64,000 bases of DNA from NCBI GenBank assembly GCA_963797555.1, contig CAWCPV010000014.1, positions 416,001-480,000 of the forward strand, given 5' to 3'. Shown one piece after another: positions 45,262 through 56,256 of this stretch. The DNA comes from an uncultured Gammaproteobacteria bacterium (GTDB lineage Bacteria > Pseudomonadota > Gammaproteobacteria > CAWCPV01). Each line of letters opens with the position of its first letter. Positions within the stretch are counted from its first letter, which is position 1. The translations under genes were made by a program, and so were the position numbers. The notes below the pieces were generated by a model that saw nothing but the letters and a program-made list of their open reading frames with translations, was not told the origin of the DNA and ran no database searches.

Positions 45262-48200
45262 TCACGCTCGTTTCAGTCGCCTTGGCGAGGGCAGGGGACC
45301 GAACGTTTCCAGGGGCAGGCGCTCGGGCCAGCGGTCGATGCCGGGGCGCACCCAGGCGAGTCAGCGCCAGGCGTCGCCGCTGGCCTCGATCGGCCGGTTC
45401 TCGCGAGGGTCCCAGACCGCGTAGCCCTCGTAGCCACGTCCCGATGTGGCGTGGATGCGGACCGGCTCGCCGCTCGCGCTGTCCCAGAGGCGAAGCGTCC
45501 CGTCAGCCCCGGCGGAGAGCAGGCGGGCGCCGTCCGGGGAGAAGGCGCAGGCCCACACCCAGCCCGCGTGCCCGGTCAGCATGCGCAGGTGCGGGTTGGA
45601 TCCGGGGGCAGCCAGGGTGAGAGCAGTGCCGCGACCGGCGGCGGGAGAGGGCGCATCGGGAGCGTGCCAACCGGGCTGGGGCACGGCCTGAGGTCGGACG
45701 AAGCCGGGTTGGTCCTTGTTGGCCGGTCCGTTCAACGGGGGCGCGTCGCAACCGAGGAACTGGGGCCTGTATCCGCGGGCCCCCGCCACACGGCCGCTCC
45801 CAGCCGGGTCTGGCGCCAGATCGCGGCGGTGCACTCGGCCTCGCCCCAATCCGTCCGGGTCCCGTCGCACTCTAGGAACTCGGCCTGACTCAGTTGGGTG
45901 TCGCAGAGCCTCGCGCGGGTGAGGCGCACCCGCTGAAAGACCGTCCGGCGGAGGCTCGCGCCGCTCAGGTCCGCATCGCTCAGGTCCAACGGGTCCCGGT
46001 CCGGGCGGGCTCGGACGGTCCAGCCGTCCAGCCGCGCCCCAGTCAGGGCGATGCCGCGCACTACCGGCATCGGCCAGCCGCGGTCATGGGCGCGTAGGGC
46101 GTAGACCAGCAGCAGCTCGCTCGCCTGGGGCCGGTAGCGGGTGCGCCAGCCCTGCAGGGTCTGGATCAGGGCCGGGTCGGCGGACTCCGCCAAGAGCTGA
46201 CCCAGGAAGTCCAGGGTCTCGGGGCTCGGGCGCCGGATCGCCCAGCGCTCCGGGGCGTTGTCCCGCAGGGCCAGCAGCAGGTAGTCCGCGAGGAAGAATT
46301 CCAGCAGCGAGGTGTGAGCGAAGCGGAAGCTGCTGCCGTCCCGGTCGTCCTGGCGGGCGAGGAAGGTGGCGGTGCGGAGATCCTCCTCGAGCTGGTCCGG
46401 GTGCAGGTTGGCGTAGCGGCGGCGCAAGTCCGGCTCGGACTCCAGCCAGGCGTGGAACCAGCGCTCGATCCCTTCGGCGGGGAGCGCGCCGTTTCCCGTC
46501 TGCCAGAGGTGGGCGGCCAGGTGGGTAGCGAGCCTGAGCTTGTGCTCCGGGCGGAGGTGGTGCTTGCCGCTGTCGCGCTCCAGCCAGCGCCACACCATGC
46601 GGCGGTAGAGGGTGACGCCGTAGACGGTCTTGCCCGCCAGGCGCTCCCGCTCGATCTCCGGGATGAAGTCGGCGACTAGCTTCAGAGTATAGGGGCGCTG
46701 GGTCAGCTCTGTGAGGTTGTGGACGGAGCGGATGGTGTCGAGCAGAGTTTCCGGATCGGTATCCGGCAAAGCGGTGGCCAAATAGTGCCGGACCTGGGCC
46801 TCGGAGAGGGGCAGGAGGACCAGAGCGCGGAAGGCGTCGGCGCGGTACTCGCCGCGCTCCTGACCGGTGAAGTGGTTCTGCTGGTCGCGCAGGGTGCGGA
46901 AATACTGGGTGCGACAGGAGATCAGGACCTTGAGGGGCGAGGCCGCGGGACCGTGCGGTAGCCGGCGGGCCCTGGTCACCGGTAGCAGACGCAGCAGCTC
47001 CCGGGTGAAGACCTGTCCATCGGGCTCCTTGAGCTTGACGAGCACCTCGTCCAGGCCGTCGAAGATGAGCACCGCCCCCTGGTCGATCCAGCGCTGGACA
47101 TCCTCCAGGCCGTAAGCCCCCCGGCCGCCTGGTCCAGCCAGCCGCGGGCCATGCACTCCTCCAGGGTCTCCTTGAGGGTGGGAACCCGCCGGCCCAGGCC
47201 GGTGACGTGGCGCAGGTCGAAATAGAGGGGCACGGGCTGGGTCGGGTCTTGCCGGCGGCGGACGTCCAGGGTGTCCGCCAGGCGCTGGCAGGTTAACGGT
47301 CTTGCCCATGCCGTATTCGCCGAGCAGCGCGAACAGAGGCGGAGCCTCGCGGGCAGCGACCCACTGCAGCAGGTAGTCCATCACGTCGACGCCCTGGTCC
47401 CGCCGGCCCGGGGTCTCGACGTCCGCGTCCTTGTCCAGGCTGGCGAGGAGGCCTCGGCCGTCCGCGATCAGCAGGTCGGAGCGGATGGCGGCATGGTCCA
47501 CCAAGCCCATGAGCCGAGCGCCGGGCGGCATGGCCCTGGGCTGGACGACTGACGCGGGTTGGGGGCGGGGTGCCCCTGGGCGGCGAAAGCGGCCCATCAT
47601 AGAGGTTACCGATGGATAGGGCGCGGTGGACCACCAGGGCGGCATTCTCCGCGGCGAACCGCTGATCCCGCTCCTTCGTCTTGGCGTTCTTGTTGCCGTC
47701 CCCCCAGTCGCAGATGGCCTTGACGATGATCCAGTCAACCTTGCGGCGGTCCGCGGCCAACTGGATGCCCACCGCCTCCATCTGGCCGCCGACGGCCTCG
47801 GTCTCCAGCCGCAGCAGGCTGTTCCGGTAGTCCAGGTTGTCTACCAGTTTGTTGCCGGAGAGCAGGGTGCCGAAGCGGAGCGTTGGCCAGTTGAGGCAGG
47901 CGTTGGGATCGACCTGACAGGTCTGGTCCAGGTGGTTGAAGCGCTGGAAGAGGACTGGCGAGGCTGGGGGCTTGTCGCCGCGGGGGGTGATGCTCCCGTC
48001 CGCATTCACGCGACCGAGTTCGTAGCCTCGGATGTTCTCGGAGACTAGGACATCCCCGATCCGCTGCTTGTCCGCGTTGACCCCGAAAGCGATGCCGACC
48101 CCGATGATGGCCCGGGGCGCCCAGTCGTCGATGGCGTCCCTGGCGGCGTTTTGGGCCTCTCCCTCACCCTGTTTGCTGACCCGCTGCACCACGGACATGC

Positions 48201-48729
48201 CCCCGTGGACCCCGAGCAGGTTGTAGGTGATGCCGTTGCGAGTGTCGGTCGGCGGCTCGCGTGGACCGTGGAATCGCGTGATGACCGCGGTCGTCTCGTG
48301 AGGGTTGAAGGTGATCAGCACGACGACCGGTAAATCCCCGGCCGGCAGGCCCCGCTGGTTGGTGACCAGTTGTTCCGGCGGAATGGCGTTCAGCTCCCCA
48401 GTGTAGGCCAGGGTCGGTGCCGGGAGCGGGCCCTCGAACCAGACCCAGCGGTTCGCAGCGCCGGCCTTCTTGTCTGCGGTGATCTCTGCACGCAAGGCCA
48501 GGCCCTGCGCCTTGGCGACCTCGTTGATGGTGCGCAGCAGCCGGTTGAGGGCCGTGTTGGCGCTGGCCGGGGTGCTGAGGGGGAACAGGGCCTCGTGGAT
48601 GCGGGAGACCTGCGTTCGATGGTCCGGTCCCGCCAGGTCCAGGAGCCGGTTCGCATGCTGGCGGATCGCGTCCTTGAGGGTCAGCCGCTCAAGGCTCTTG
48701 CGAGCGAAGTAAGGGGAAAGGGCGGCCAT
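45262..48729 (-). CDS. Nucleoside phosphorylase (PNP_UDP)-NACHT-pentapeptide-WD40 NLR-like protein (about four apparent frameshifts; internal TGA at 45361)
   Basis: GVGIAFG, GDVLVS, GGQMEAVG, IVKAICDWGDG; LLGEYGMGKT, IFDGLDEV, LISCRTQYF, FAHTSLLEFFLA; LSDADLSGASL; TGHAGWVWACAFSPDG..LLSAGADGTLRLWD. Confidence 0.82.
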
Positions 48730-48860
48730 GCTTGCGTCCCAGGATCAGAACCATAGCGGGATGTTAAGTCCCGAGGTGGTCCGAGGTCACCCCTTTCTGT
48801 TGGAAATGTTGGAATAGAGTTTGATAAATAGCGCGGCTAACCGCGCTGGCGCTCCAGATC

Positions 48861-49484
48861 CTACTTGCCGTGCCCTTCCGAGTAGAAGAAGTAGTCGGCC
48901 GTGTAAGGCACGAACGCCTCCTTGCCGACGTCTGCTAGCTTGGTACAATCCGCCGGTGCGACTCCTCCAGAGGTGTTCAGCCGCTGGATGAAGGTGGTGT
49001 CCGACAGCTTGTCGCCACCCCTCGGTCCGTCTTTAGCTCCAACCGCCGTAACCTTGAGCCAGGCTATGGCACCGTCCGCGACGACGTCAGGGAAGTCGAG
49101 GTGGGAGGCGGAGTCGCCTGGCTTCACCTTGCCCCAGACGGTGCTCGTGTCCGAGTCCTGCCACGTGGCGCGAATCGTGCCATTCTCAAACGGGTTGGGG
49201 CTGAAGAAGTGGGTGATGATTTGCCTACCATGTTCGTCGAACAGCGTGGCCTCGGGCGTGAACAGTACATAGGCGAAGCCAGTGCCTGAGGGCAGGCAGA
49301 CGTAGTTCTGGGTACCCGTGGCGTGACCCACGAGGAACGCCGTGTTCCCCGCCGGCACCTCTAGATTGGCGGGCACCTTTGGCGGTGTGGCATGTTTGGC
49401 GTGCGCGGCCTGGCCGGCGCCCATCAGGCCGAAAGAGACCATGCCAGCCATCGCAGAAGTCAGAAGCGTCTTGGTGTCTTTCAT
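48861..49484 (-). CDS. Secreted DUF3455-family protein
   Basis: Signal peptide; HATGTQNYVC, PEATLFD, AIAWL, TFIQRLNTSGGVAP, VPYTADYFFY. Confidence 0.85.
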   Translation of the reverse strand: MKDTKTLLTSAMAGMVSFGLMGAGQAAHAKHATPPKVPANLEVPAGNTAFLVGHATGTQNYVCLPSGTGFAYVLFTPEATLFDEHGRQIITHFFSPNPFENGTIRATWQDSDTSTVWGKVKPGDSASHLDFPDVVADGAIAWLKVTAVGAKDGPRGGDKLSDTTFIQRLNTSGGVAPADCTKLADVGKEAFVPYTADYFFYSEGHGK

Positions 49485-49945
49485 CGACTCTCTCCTTACA
49501 GTTTGCTCAAAAAGGGGCGGGCTCCGCGCGGCTCATCCCTGAGAACCGATCCACGGGAACCGGGGACTACGACCCACGCGTCCCCCGTGCATGGTCATTA
49601 GTGTAGCCGCCCGATCTCACGGCACCTCAAGAGTAGATAATGTTTCTGTCCCCGCGGGACCCGGGCTTCTCCACGGGTCGGCCGCCCCAAAAAAGCGCCC
49701 CCGGCTGGGGCGCACAGCAGGGCAGGAGCGGCAAGGCCAGGAGCTCCAATGTCGCAACTCCGATTCCCGATTTAGGGGCTCCGATCTCCGATGTCGAAGC
49801 TCCGAGCACCAACGTCGACCCCTGTCAGAGCGGCGCGTGCAAACGCTTGCGGCCAGCCGGCCGCCTCCGGCCCAGGTTGCTTCAGACTTCAGCTCGCTCC
49901 CCGGCCCGCCGCGTTGCCTCAGTGTGTGGACACAGGGACTTGCCT

Positions 49946-50428
49946 TCATTCCGTTGTTCCCGAATAGGCCGCCTGCAACGCAGCGATGTCGATCTTGACC
50001 ATTTTCATCATGGCGTCCGACGCCCGCTTTGCCTTGACAGGATGGGGATCGGTCATCATCTCGGCCAGGACGGTCGGAACGATCTGCCAGGAGAGGCCGA
50101 AGCGATCTCTCAGCCAGCCGCATTGCTCGGGGGCCCCGCCTTCGAGCAACGCATTCCAATAGCGATCGATTTCGGCCTGGTTGTCGCAGTTCACGACGAA
50201 GGACACCGCGTGGTTGAACGGGTCGAGCGGCCCGGCGCTCATAGCGGTGAAGCGCTGCCCGAACAGAACGAACTCGACGATCTTCACCGACCCCGGCGGG
50301 CCGCTCGGGGATTCGCTCGGCAACGCCGTGACCCGGATGACGCGCGAGTCGGGAAAGATGGATGTGTAGAACGTGGCAGCCTCTTCGGCCTGCTGGGAGT
50401 ACCAGAGAAATGGGGTGATCTTCTGCAT
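49946..50428 (-). CDS. VOC/PhnB-like (3-demethylubiquinone-9 methyltransferase family) protein
   Basis: MQKITPFLW, FNHAVSFVVNC, CGWLRDRFGLSWQIVP, MKMVKIDIA. Confidence 0.9.
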   Translation of the reverse strand: MQKITPFLWYSQQAEEAATFYTSIFPDSRVIRVTALPSESPSGPPGSVKIVEFVLFGQRFTAMSAGPLDPFNHAVSFVVNCDNQAEIDRYWNALLEGGAPEQCGWLRDRFGLSWQIVPTVLAEMMTDPHPVKAKRASDAMMKMVKIDIAALQAAYSGTTE

Positions 50429-50639
50429 GGGCTTCTCCTGTGAACGGTGAGGAACTATCGTACCCTCGTCAGAACGGCATGCATCGCGTTCGGTGTGCCG
50501 AGATGCTCCGTACATCGGTAGCCGAGCCTCGGCAGGTCGATGTCGGCGAGCAAAGCCTCTCCGGAGCCGAGCAAGGTGGGTGCGATCGCCAGGTGCATTT
50601 CGTCCACCAGGCCAGCGCGCAGGTATTGCCGGATCGTCT

Positions 50640-50740
50640 CGACGGCAGGCCACGATCAGGTTCTCAAGCTCTCCGTTTATGAGCGCTCCGGAGTGCGGGA
50701 GGTATGGCTGATCCATCGCCGCGGACCCGCACCCTACCGG
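50640..50740 (+). pseudogene. Uma2-family endonuclease fragment
   Basis: HDQVLKLSVYERSGVREVWLIH motif only. Confidence 0.55.
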
Positions 50741-50851
50741 TCTATCGCCAGCAAGGCGACCGGTCAACTCGTGGATGGCGGGTCGGCCGTAGGCGCCGCC
50801 CGACTGTGGCGAGCCTGCTGGCCATCGTCATCGGGCGAGTGTATAGCAGCA

Positions 50852-51611
50852 TCAGCCCCCGCTGTCGCGTGCGAATTTGAGTATGATGGCGCACACCACC
50901 GGCAGGAACACCACGCGCACGAAGCGGCTGCCCCTCAGGATCGCGAGCCGGGTACCGGCGAGTGCGCCCAGGATGTTGAATGCGGCCATGGGCAGGCCGG
51001 CGGCGTAGATGACGTGATGAGTGGCGGCAAAGTAGAGCAGCGCAGAGAGGTTGGTCGCGCAGTTCACGACCTTGGACGAGGCGGAGGCGGCCAGGAAGCT
51101 GTACCCGAACACGCCCACGAACACGAAGATGAGAAAGCTGCCGGTGCCGGGACCGAAAAAGCCGTCATAGAAACCGAGCGCCGCTCCGGTCGCGATGCCG
51201 GCGAGGAGCTGCGCCCCGCGCGTGAGCCTGGGGGCATGCAGGGCGCCGAAGTCCTTGCGGATGAAGGTGTAGACAGCGACCAGGACGAGCAGGCTCAGGA
51301 TCAAGGGGCGCAGGATCGCGCGCTGAATCGAGCTTACCACCTGTGCGCCCAGGAAAGACCCGTGCGACCAGCGCGGTAGGCAGCGTCGCGCGCCACTGAA
51401 TAGGCACGTGGCGCGCATACTGCGTGACCGCGATGGCGGTGCCAGCGATGGAGGAGAGCTTGTTAGTGCCGAACAGCGCGGCCGGGGGTGCGTTCGGCAG
51501 CAGGATGAACAGCGCCGGTATCTGTATCAGCCCCCCTCCGCCCACCACCGAGTCGACGAACCCCGCGAGGAAGGCGAATCCGCACAGCCACGCGATCTCG
51601 CTCACGCCCAC
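50852..51611 (-). CDS. TSUP/TauE-SafE family exporter (apparent frameshift near 51365)
   Basis: AGFVDSVVGGGGLIQIPAL, GTNK, GFYDGFFGPGTGSFL. Confidence 0.9.
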
Positions 51612-52105
51612 GCGCCGAGACAGACTCTAGGGATCGATGCGGCTGGCCAGGACCTGGAGGAAGGCGGGCGCCATCGCCAATCCCATCAGTACGCCGGCAG
51701 CATGCAAGCGGAACACGCTTCCGCCGGCGCGAACCGGGCATTTCCGGGACACCGGTCTCATAGATCGCCGGGCGATGATCGGTTCACCATGCACGTCGCC
51801 GGCCACTGCAACGAGCACCGCCCGACCCCTTCGTGCCATCAATCCCAATGCGACGTGCATAACTGGGTGCCCACGCCGGGTCGCCGACTCAAATTCCGCT
51901 GCCGGCGCTCACGCCCAACGAGTCGTCTGCCGAACTCCAGCCATGAATGCAGCGCAGCGGAATAGTGGTCAGGTGCGTGGCCTGGTTCCGCGTACTATTC
52001 AGCATGTTTCGACAGACTCGCGCTGTATCCCGCGCCCAAGGCCACCCGATCCCGCCGGACTCCATGCACGCCAACCAACCGAACTGTTCGCGTCTTAGCC
52101 GGACA

Positions 52106-53790
52106 CTACGGGTCTGATACCGGGCCTGATACGACTTTTCGGGCTTCCTCCAAGTACTGGTGGACATGTTGTACTGCCCCCGCCCCCTCGCCCACCGCGG
52201 ACGCCACGCGCTTCGTCGACCCGAGGCGGACATCGCCAGCAGCGAATATTCCCGGCACGCTGGTCTCGAAACTCATCGGTTGCGGTCAACGGGCCAGGCT
52301 CCCAAGTCGACATCGTGACCGGTGACAATGAATCCCTTGGTGTCGCGCTGGACCGCGCTGGCCAGCCAATCCGTGTGTGGCATGGCTCCGATCAGCACGA
52401 CGAGCAGCTTCGCCGGAATGGTTTCGACGGCATTGCTCGCTTTGTCCCGGATCGCCAGACGTTCCATGAACTCGTCACCACCCTCTGCACCGACCACTTC
52501 GGCCCCGAGCCTCACCTCGATATTGGGTGCACGGCGGATCTGCTGCACCAGGTAATCCGACATTCCGCTCTCGATCGAGTCTGCCCGCACCACCAGTGTC
52601 ACCCGGCGCGCATAGGCGGCGAGGTGGATCACCGCCTGCCCCGCCGAGTTTCCTCCTCCGGTCACCGCCACGTCGAGGTCGCGGGCGAACCGCGTCTCGC
52701 CGAACGTCGTGTAAAAGATACTCTTGCCGACGAAACGCTCGATCTCCGGGATCTCCAGCCGCCGGTACTTTGCCCCGGTGGCAACGATCACCGCCGTTGC
52801 CGTGATCTCGCGTCCGTCCGATAGGGTCAGGATCTTCTTCACGCCGTTCGAACGGAGTCGTGTCGCCTCCCGCGCAAATACGAACTTCGCTCCGAAGAGC
52901 CACGCCTGCTGGTAGGCGCGCTGGGTGAGCTCCGCTCCGCTGATTCCGCGCGGGAAGCCGAGGTAATTCCTGATGAGCGAACTGGCGCCCGGCCTGCCCG
53001 CCGATCACGTGCCGCTCGATGACCAGGGTTCGCAGCCCCTCCGATCCGGCGTAAACCGCCGCCGTGAGGCCGGCGGGTCCGCCGCCGACCACCGCCACGT
53101 CGCAGGACAACTCGTGCGGGCTCTCACCGATGGCGTCCATGATCTCCGCGTCCGTCGGACCGGCGAGGGCCGATCCGTCGAGGAGGACAGATGGCCGGCA
53201 ATGCCGACGAGATCGACGCCATGTTCCTCGATGAGTCGTTTTGCCATCGGCGACGTAGCGTGGTGGAACCCGTAGGGAATCCCGTTGCGGTCGAGGAGTT
53301 CGCGGATCTCATTCGAACGCGCGGAACGCTCATCACCGACGATGTGGATCAGCTCCATCGCGGGCCGGTGGATCCGCGTCCACTCCGCCAGGAACTCGCT
53401 CACCAGGGGATACAGATGGACCTCGGCGGGCATCCAGGGCTTGTACAGGTAATTGTCAAGCTGGCCCAGCGCGCAGCCCTGCAGGATGGTGGGCGCGGCC
53501 GCGTGGTCACCCCAGGCGACGAGCAGGGCGCGCTTCGCCATAGGTTCGATGGAGCGGACCCGCCCGAGGAATTCGTTGCCCGTCATCTCAGGCATCCACT
53601 GGTCCGCGATGACCAGTGCAATCTCCTCGCCGTCCTCCTTGATCTTGGATACGGCGTCGAGCGCAGCAAGTGCGGAAAGATGGGGCACGACGCGATAGTC
53701 CCCGCCAAACCGCCGTGTAAGGGCATCGAGCATCGCGGCCAGCGCAGCCAGCTCGTCATCGATCACCACGATCACAGGCCTCTCTGCCAT
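52106..53790 (-). CDS. Response-regulator receiver fused to thioredoxin-reductase-like FAD oxidoreductase (several apparent frameshifts)
   Basis: [23 protein letters not shown]; [49 protein letters not shown]. Confidence 0.85.
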
Positions 53791-54121
53791 ACGAATTCCT
53801 CCTCCATGTGGCCCGTCCTGGAATGCTGTAGACACCGCTAAGTCGGTCATAAAGGCTCGACTCCTGGGTAGCCACGGGCGCCTCCTCTGCTTCTGCACGT
53901 GGGCAAAGTCGTGAATAATGGGGTGGCTAAGCGTGGGGGATCAGAACATGCGGCCCGTCGTGCTTTGTACTCCTTTAAGCGGCACATCGCCGATCATCAC
54001 CGCCGCCTGGTCGGCGGACCAGAGTCAGACGTACGCGGTGCCGGCGGCCGGAGACATCGGGGGTCTGGCGTTGCCGAACCGAGGGACCTCCGCCGGGCCG
54101 CCGAGTACCCGGGCCGATTCA

Positions 54122-54343
54122 TCAGCGCGTCACCCTGATTCTCGACCAGCTCGGCAAGCGCGGTGACGGCCGGCTGGCCTGTTCCATGTCCAAGCTGACC
54201 ATCGTCGGCACGGTGTTCCTGCCGCTCGCAACTTCTTCGTCACCGGCCTGCTTGGGATCAACATGGCGGCTATACCCCACCCCTGAACGTGCAGAGTTTC
54301 GACGCTCTTGCTCGGCGTCGTAAACGAGCCGTATGAATTTCAT
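54122..54343 (-). pseudogene. Possible YciI-like N-terminal remnant
   Basis: Only MKFIRLVYDAE resembles YciI starts; context next to the MoaD/BNR pair. Confidence 0.25.
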
Positions 54344-54376
54344 CTGGTTGCCGCCATTGCAGCCAGCCCACTCAGG

Positions 54377-54673
54377 TCAGCCGCCGGCGATGGCCCCAAC
54401 GACGAGAAAGGGCTCCGCTCCTGACGCGACCGCGTCGGGCAGTGGGGCGTCCGGCAGCTCATGGGAGACATCCTGCCCGCAGGCGAAGAAACGCAATAAC
54501 GGTCGGCGCTGTTGCGTGACGTGGTGGCGGATCGTCCCGCGCAGCATGGGATAGCAAGCCTCGATCGCGTCCAGGACCGAGCGCTGCGTCACCTGCCCCT
54601 CGATGTCGAGCGTCACCTCGCCGTCGATGTGCGCCAGCGTCCGCAGAGGCATCGGGAGTATGACTCGGATCAT
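54377..54673 (-). CDS. MoaD/ThiS family ubiquitin-like protein
   Basis: C-terminal GAIAGG; [16 protein letters not shown]; ATGA overlap with upstream gene. Confidence 0.88.
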   Translation of the reverse strand: MIRVILPMPLRTLAHIDGEVTLDIEGQVTQRSVLDAIEACYPMLRGTIRHHVTQQRRPLLRFFACGQDVSHELPDAPLPDAVASGAEPFLVVGAIAGG

Positions 54674-55782
54674 GGCAGCGTCTGGACCTCAACGGACAGC
54701 ACGGCCGGAAGGTCCCGGACAATGGGAGCCCAGTTGTCGCCGGCATCGGCCGACAGGTAAACCTGCCCGCCGGTGGTGCCGAAATACACGCCAGACGAAT
54801 CGAGCGAGTCGACAGCCATCGCGTCGCGCAGCACGTTGACGTAGCAGTCGCGCTGCGGCAGACCCTTGGTGAGCGCCTCCCACTCGTTTCCGCCCGTCCG
54901 GCTGCGGTACACACGCAGCTTCCCTTCGGGCGGAAAGTGCTCGGAGTCGCTCTTGATCGGCACGACGTAGATGGTGTCCGGCTCGTGCGGGTGAACCTCG
55001 ATCGGGAAGCCGAAATCGCTCGGCAAGTTGCCGCTAACCTCGTGCCAGGATTCGCCGCCGTCGTCGCTGCGCATGACATCCCAGTGCAACTGCATGAACA
55101 GCACACGCGGGCGCGACCGGTGCATCGCGATGCGGTGAACGCAGTAGCCGACCTCGGCATTCGGATCGGGGAGGGATTGGGACTTCAGCCCCCGGTTGAT
55201 CGCTCGCCACGTCTTGCCGACATCGTCGGTCCGGAACGCACCGGCAGCCGAGATGGCGACGAAGATCCGTTCGGGATTGCTGGGGTCGAAAAGGATAGTG
55301 TGCAGGCACATGCCACCGGCGCCTGGCTGCCATTTGGCCCCTTGCTGCTCGCGCAGCCCGGGAAGTTCGTGCCACGTCTGCCCGCCGTCGGTGGAGCGGA
55401 ACAAGGCGGCGTCTTCCACCCCGGCGTATACCGTGTCCGGATCGGTGAGCGATGGTTCGAGATGCCAGACTCGCTTGAACTCCCAGGGGTGGGGCGTGCC
55501 GTCGTACCAGAGATGCGTGCCGGGGTCGCCTTCGTATACGAACTTGTTATCCACGGGCTCCCAAGTCTTGCCACCGTCGTTGGAGCGCTGGATGAGCTGC
55601 CCGAACCAGCCGCTGGACTGCGACGCATACAGCCGGTCGGGGTCGACGGGCGAACCCTTCAGGTGATAAATCTCCCAGCCGCCAAAGTGGGGGCCGCTGA
55701 CATCCCACCGTTCGCGCTTGCCGTCCGATGTCAGGACGAACGCGCCCTTCCGTGTACCGACCAGAACCCGCACTCCGCTCAT
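54670..55782 (-). CDS. BNR/Asp-box repeat beta-propeller (sialidase-like) protein
   Basis: [10 protein letters not shown]; repeated RSxDGGxTW Asp-boxes. Confidence 0.88.
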   Translation of the reverse strand: MSGVRVLVGTRKGAFVLTSDGKRERWDVSGPHFGGWEIYHLKGSPVDPDRLYASQSSGWFGQLIQRSNDGGKTWEPVDNKFVYEGDPGTHLWYDGTPHPWEFKRVWHLEPSLTDPDTVYAGVEDAALFRSTDGGQTWHELPGLREQQGAKWQPGAGGMCLHTILFDPSNPERIFVAISAAGAFRTDDVGKTWRAINRGLKSQSLPDPNAEVGYCVHRIAMHRSRPRVLFMQLHWDVMRSDDGGESWHEVSGNLPSDFGFPIEVHPHEPDTIYVVPIKSDSEHFPPEGKLRVYRSRTGGNEWEALTKGLPQRDCYVNVLRDAMAVDSLDSSGVYFGTTGGQVYLSADAGDNWAPIVRDLPAVLSVEVQTLP

Positions 55783-56256
55783 AACTTCCTCCTTTCCGAG
55801 TTCCGAGTTTCACGCCCATCTTCCCACGACGCTTTTCACGACCAGCGGCGGTACCTTCACCCGTCGAAGCCACACCAACGCCGCTCTGCGCCAGAGTTCA
55901 TCGGCCCGCCGAAGACGCAGCCGTGGGTGGGTCCGGTGGAACGAAGAGTGTACACCCGACAGGGGCATGAACTGAGCCACCCACCAGCGCACAGCAACAG
56001 CGACGTGTCCGCAGTCAGGCCGTCAGCCCCGATTCCTACGCGTTTTTCAACGGCTTGCCGGTGAGAGGCATTGCAGGAAGCGGTTGCGGTCGTGATCGTC
56101 GTGGTGGATCGGCTCCCGTGCGTCGTCTCCTTCGCCCGTCGACGCGCGTCTGTCGCGGCCTTCTCGCCCTGCCGCCTTCGGCCTTCCATGACTCGCCGGC
56201 AGACTCTACAATTGCTAGACTGCGACGAAAGACCCGCACCGCACCCGGAGGACTCG

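Noticed and set aside
45361-45363. TGA read as Trp (alternative genetic code)
   Set aside because: TGA ends many core genes here (rpmF, acpP, fabG); a point mutation or error is more likely.
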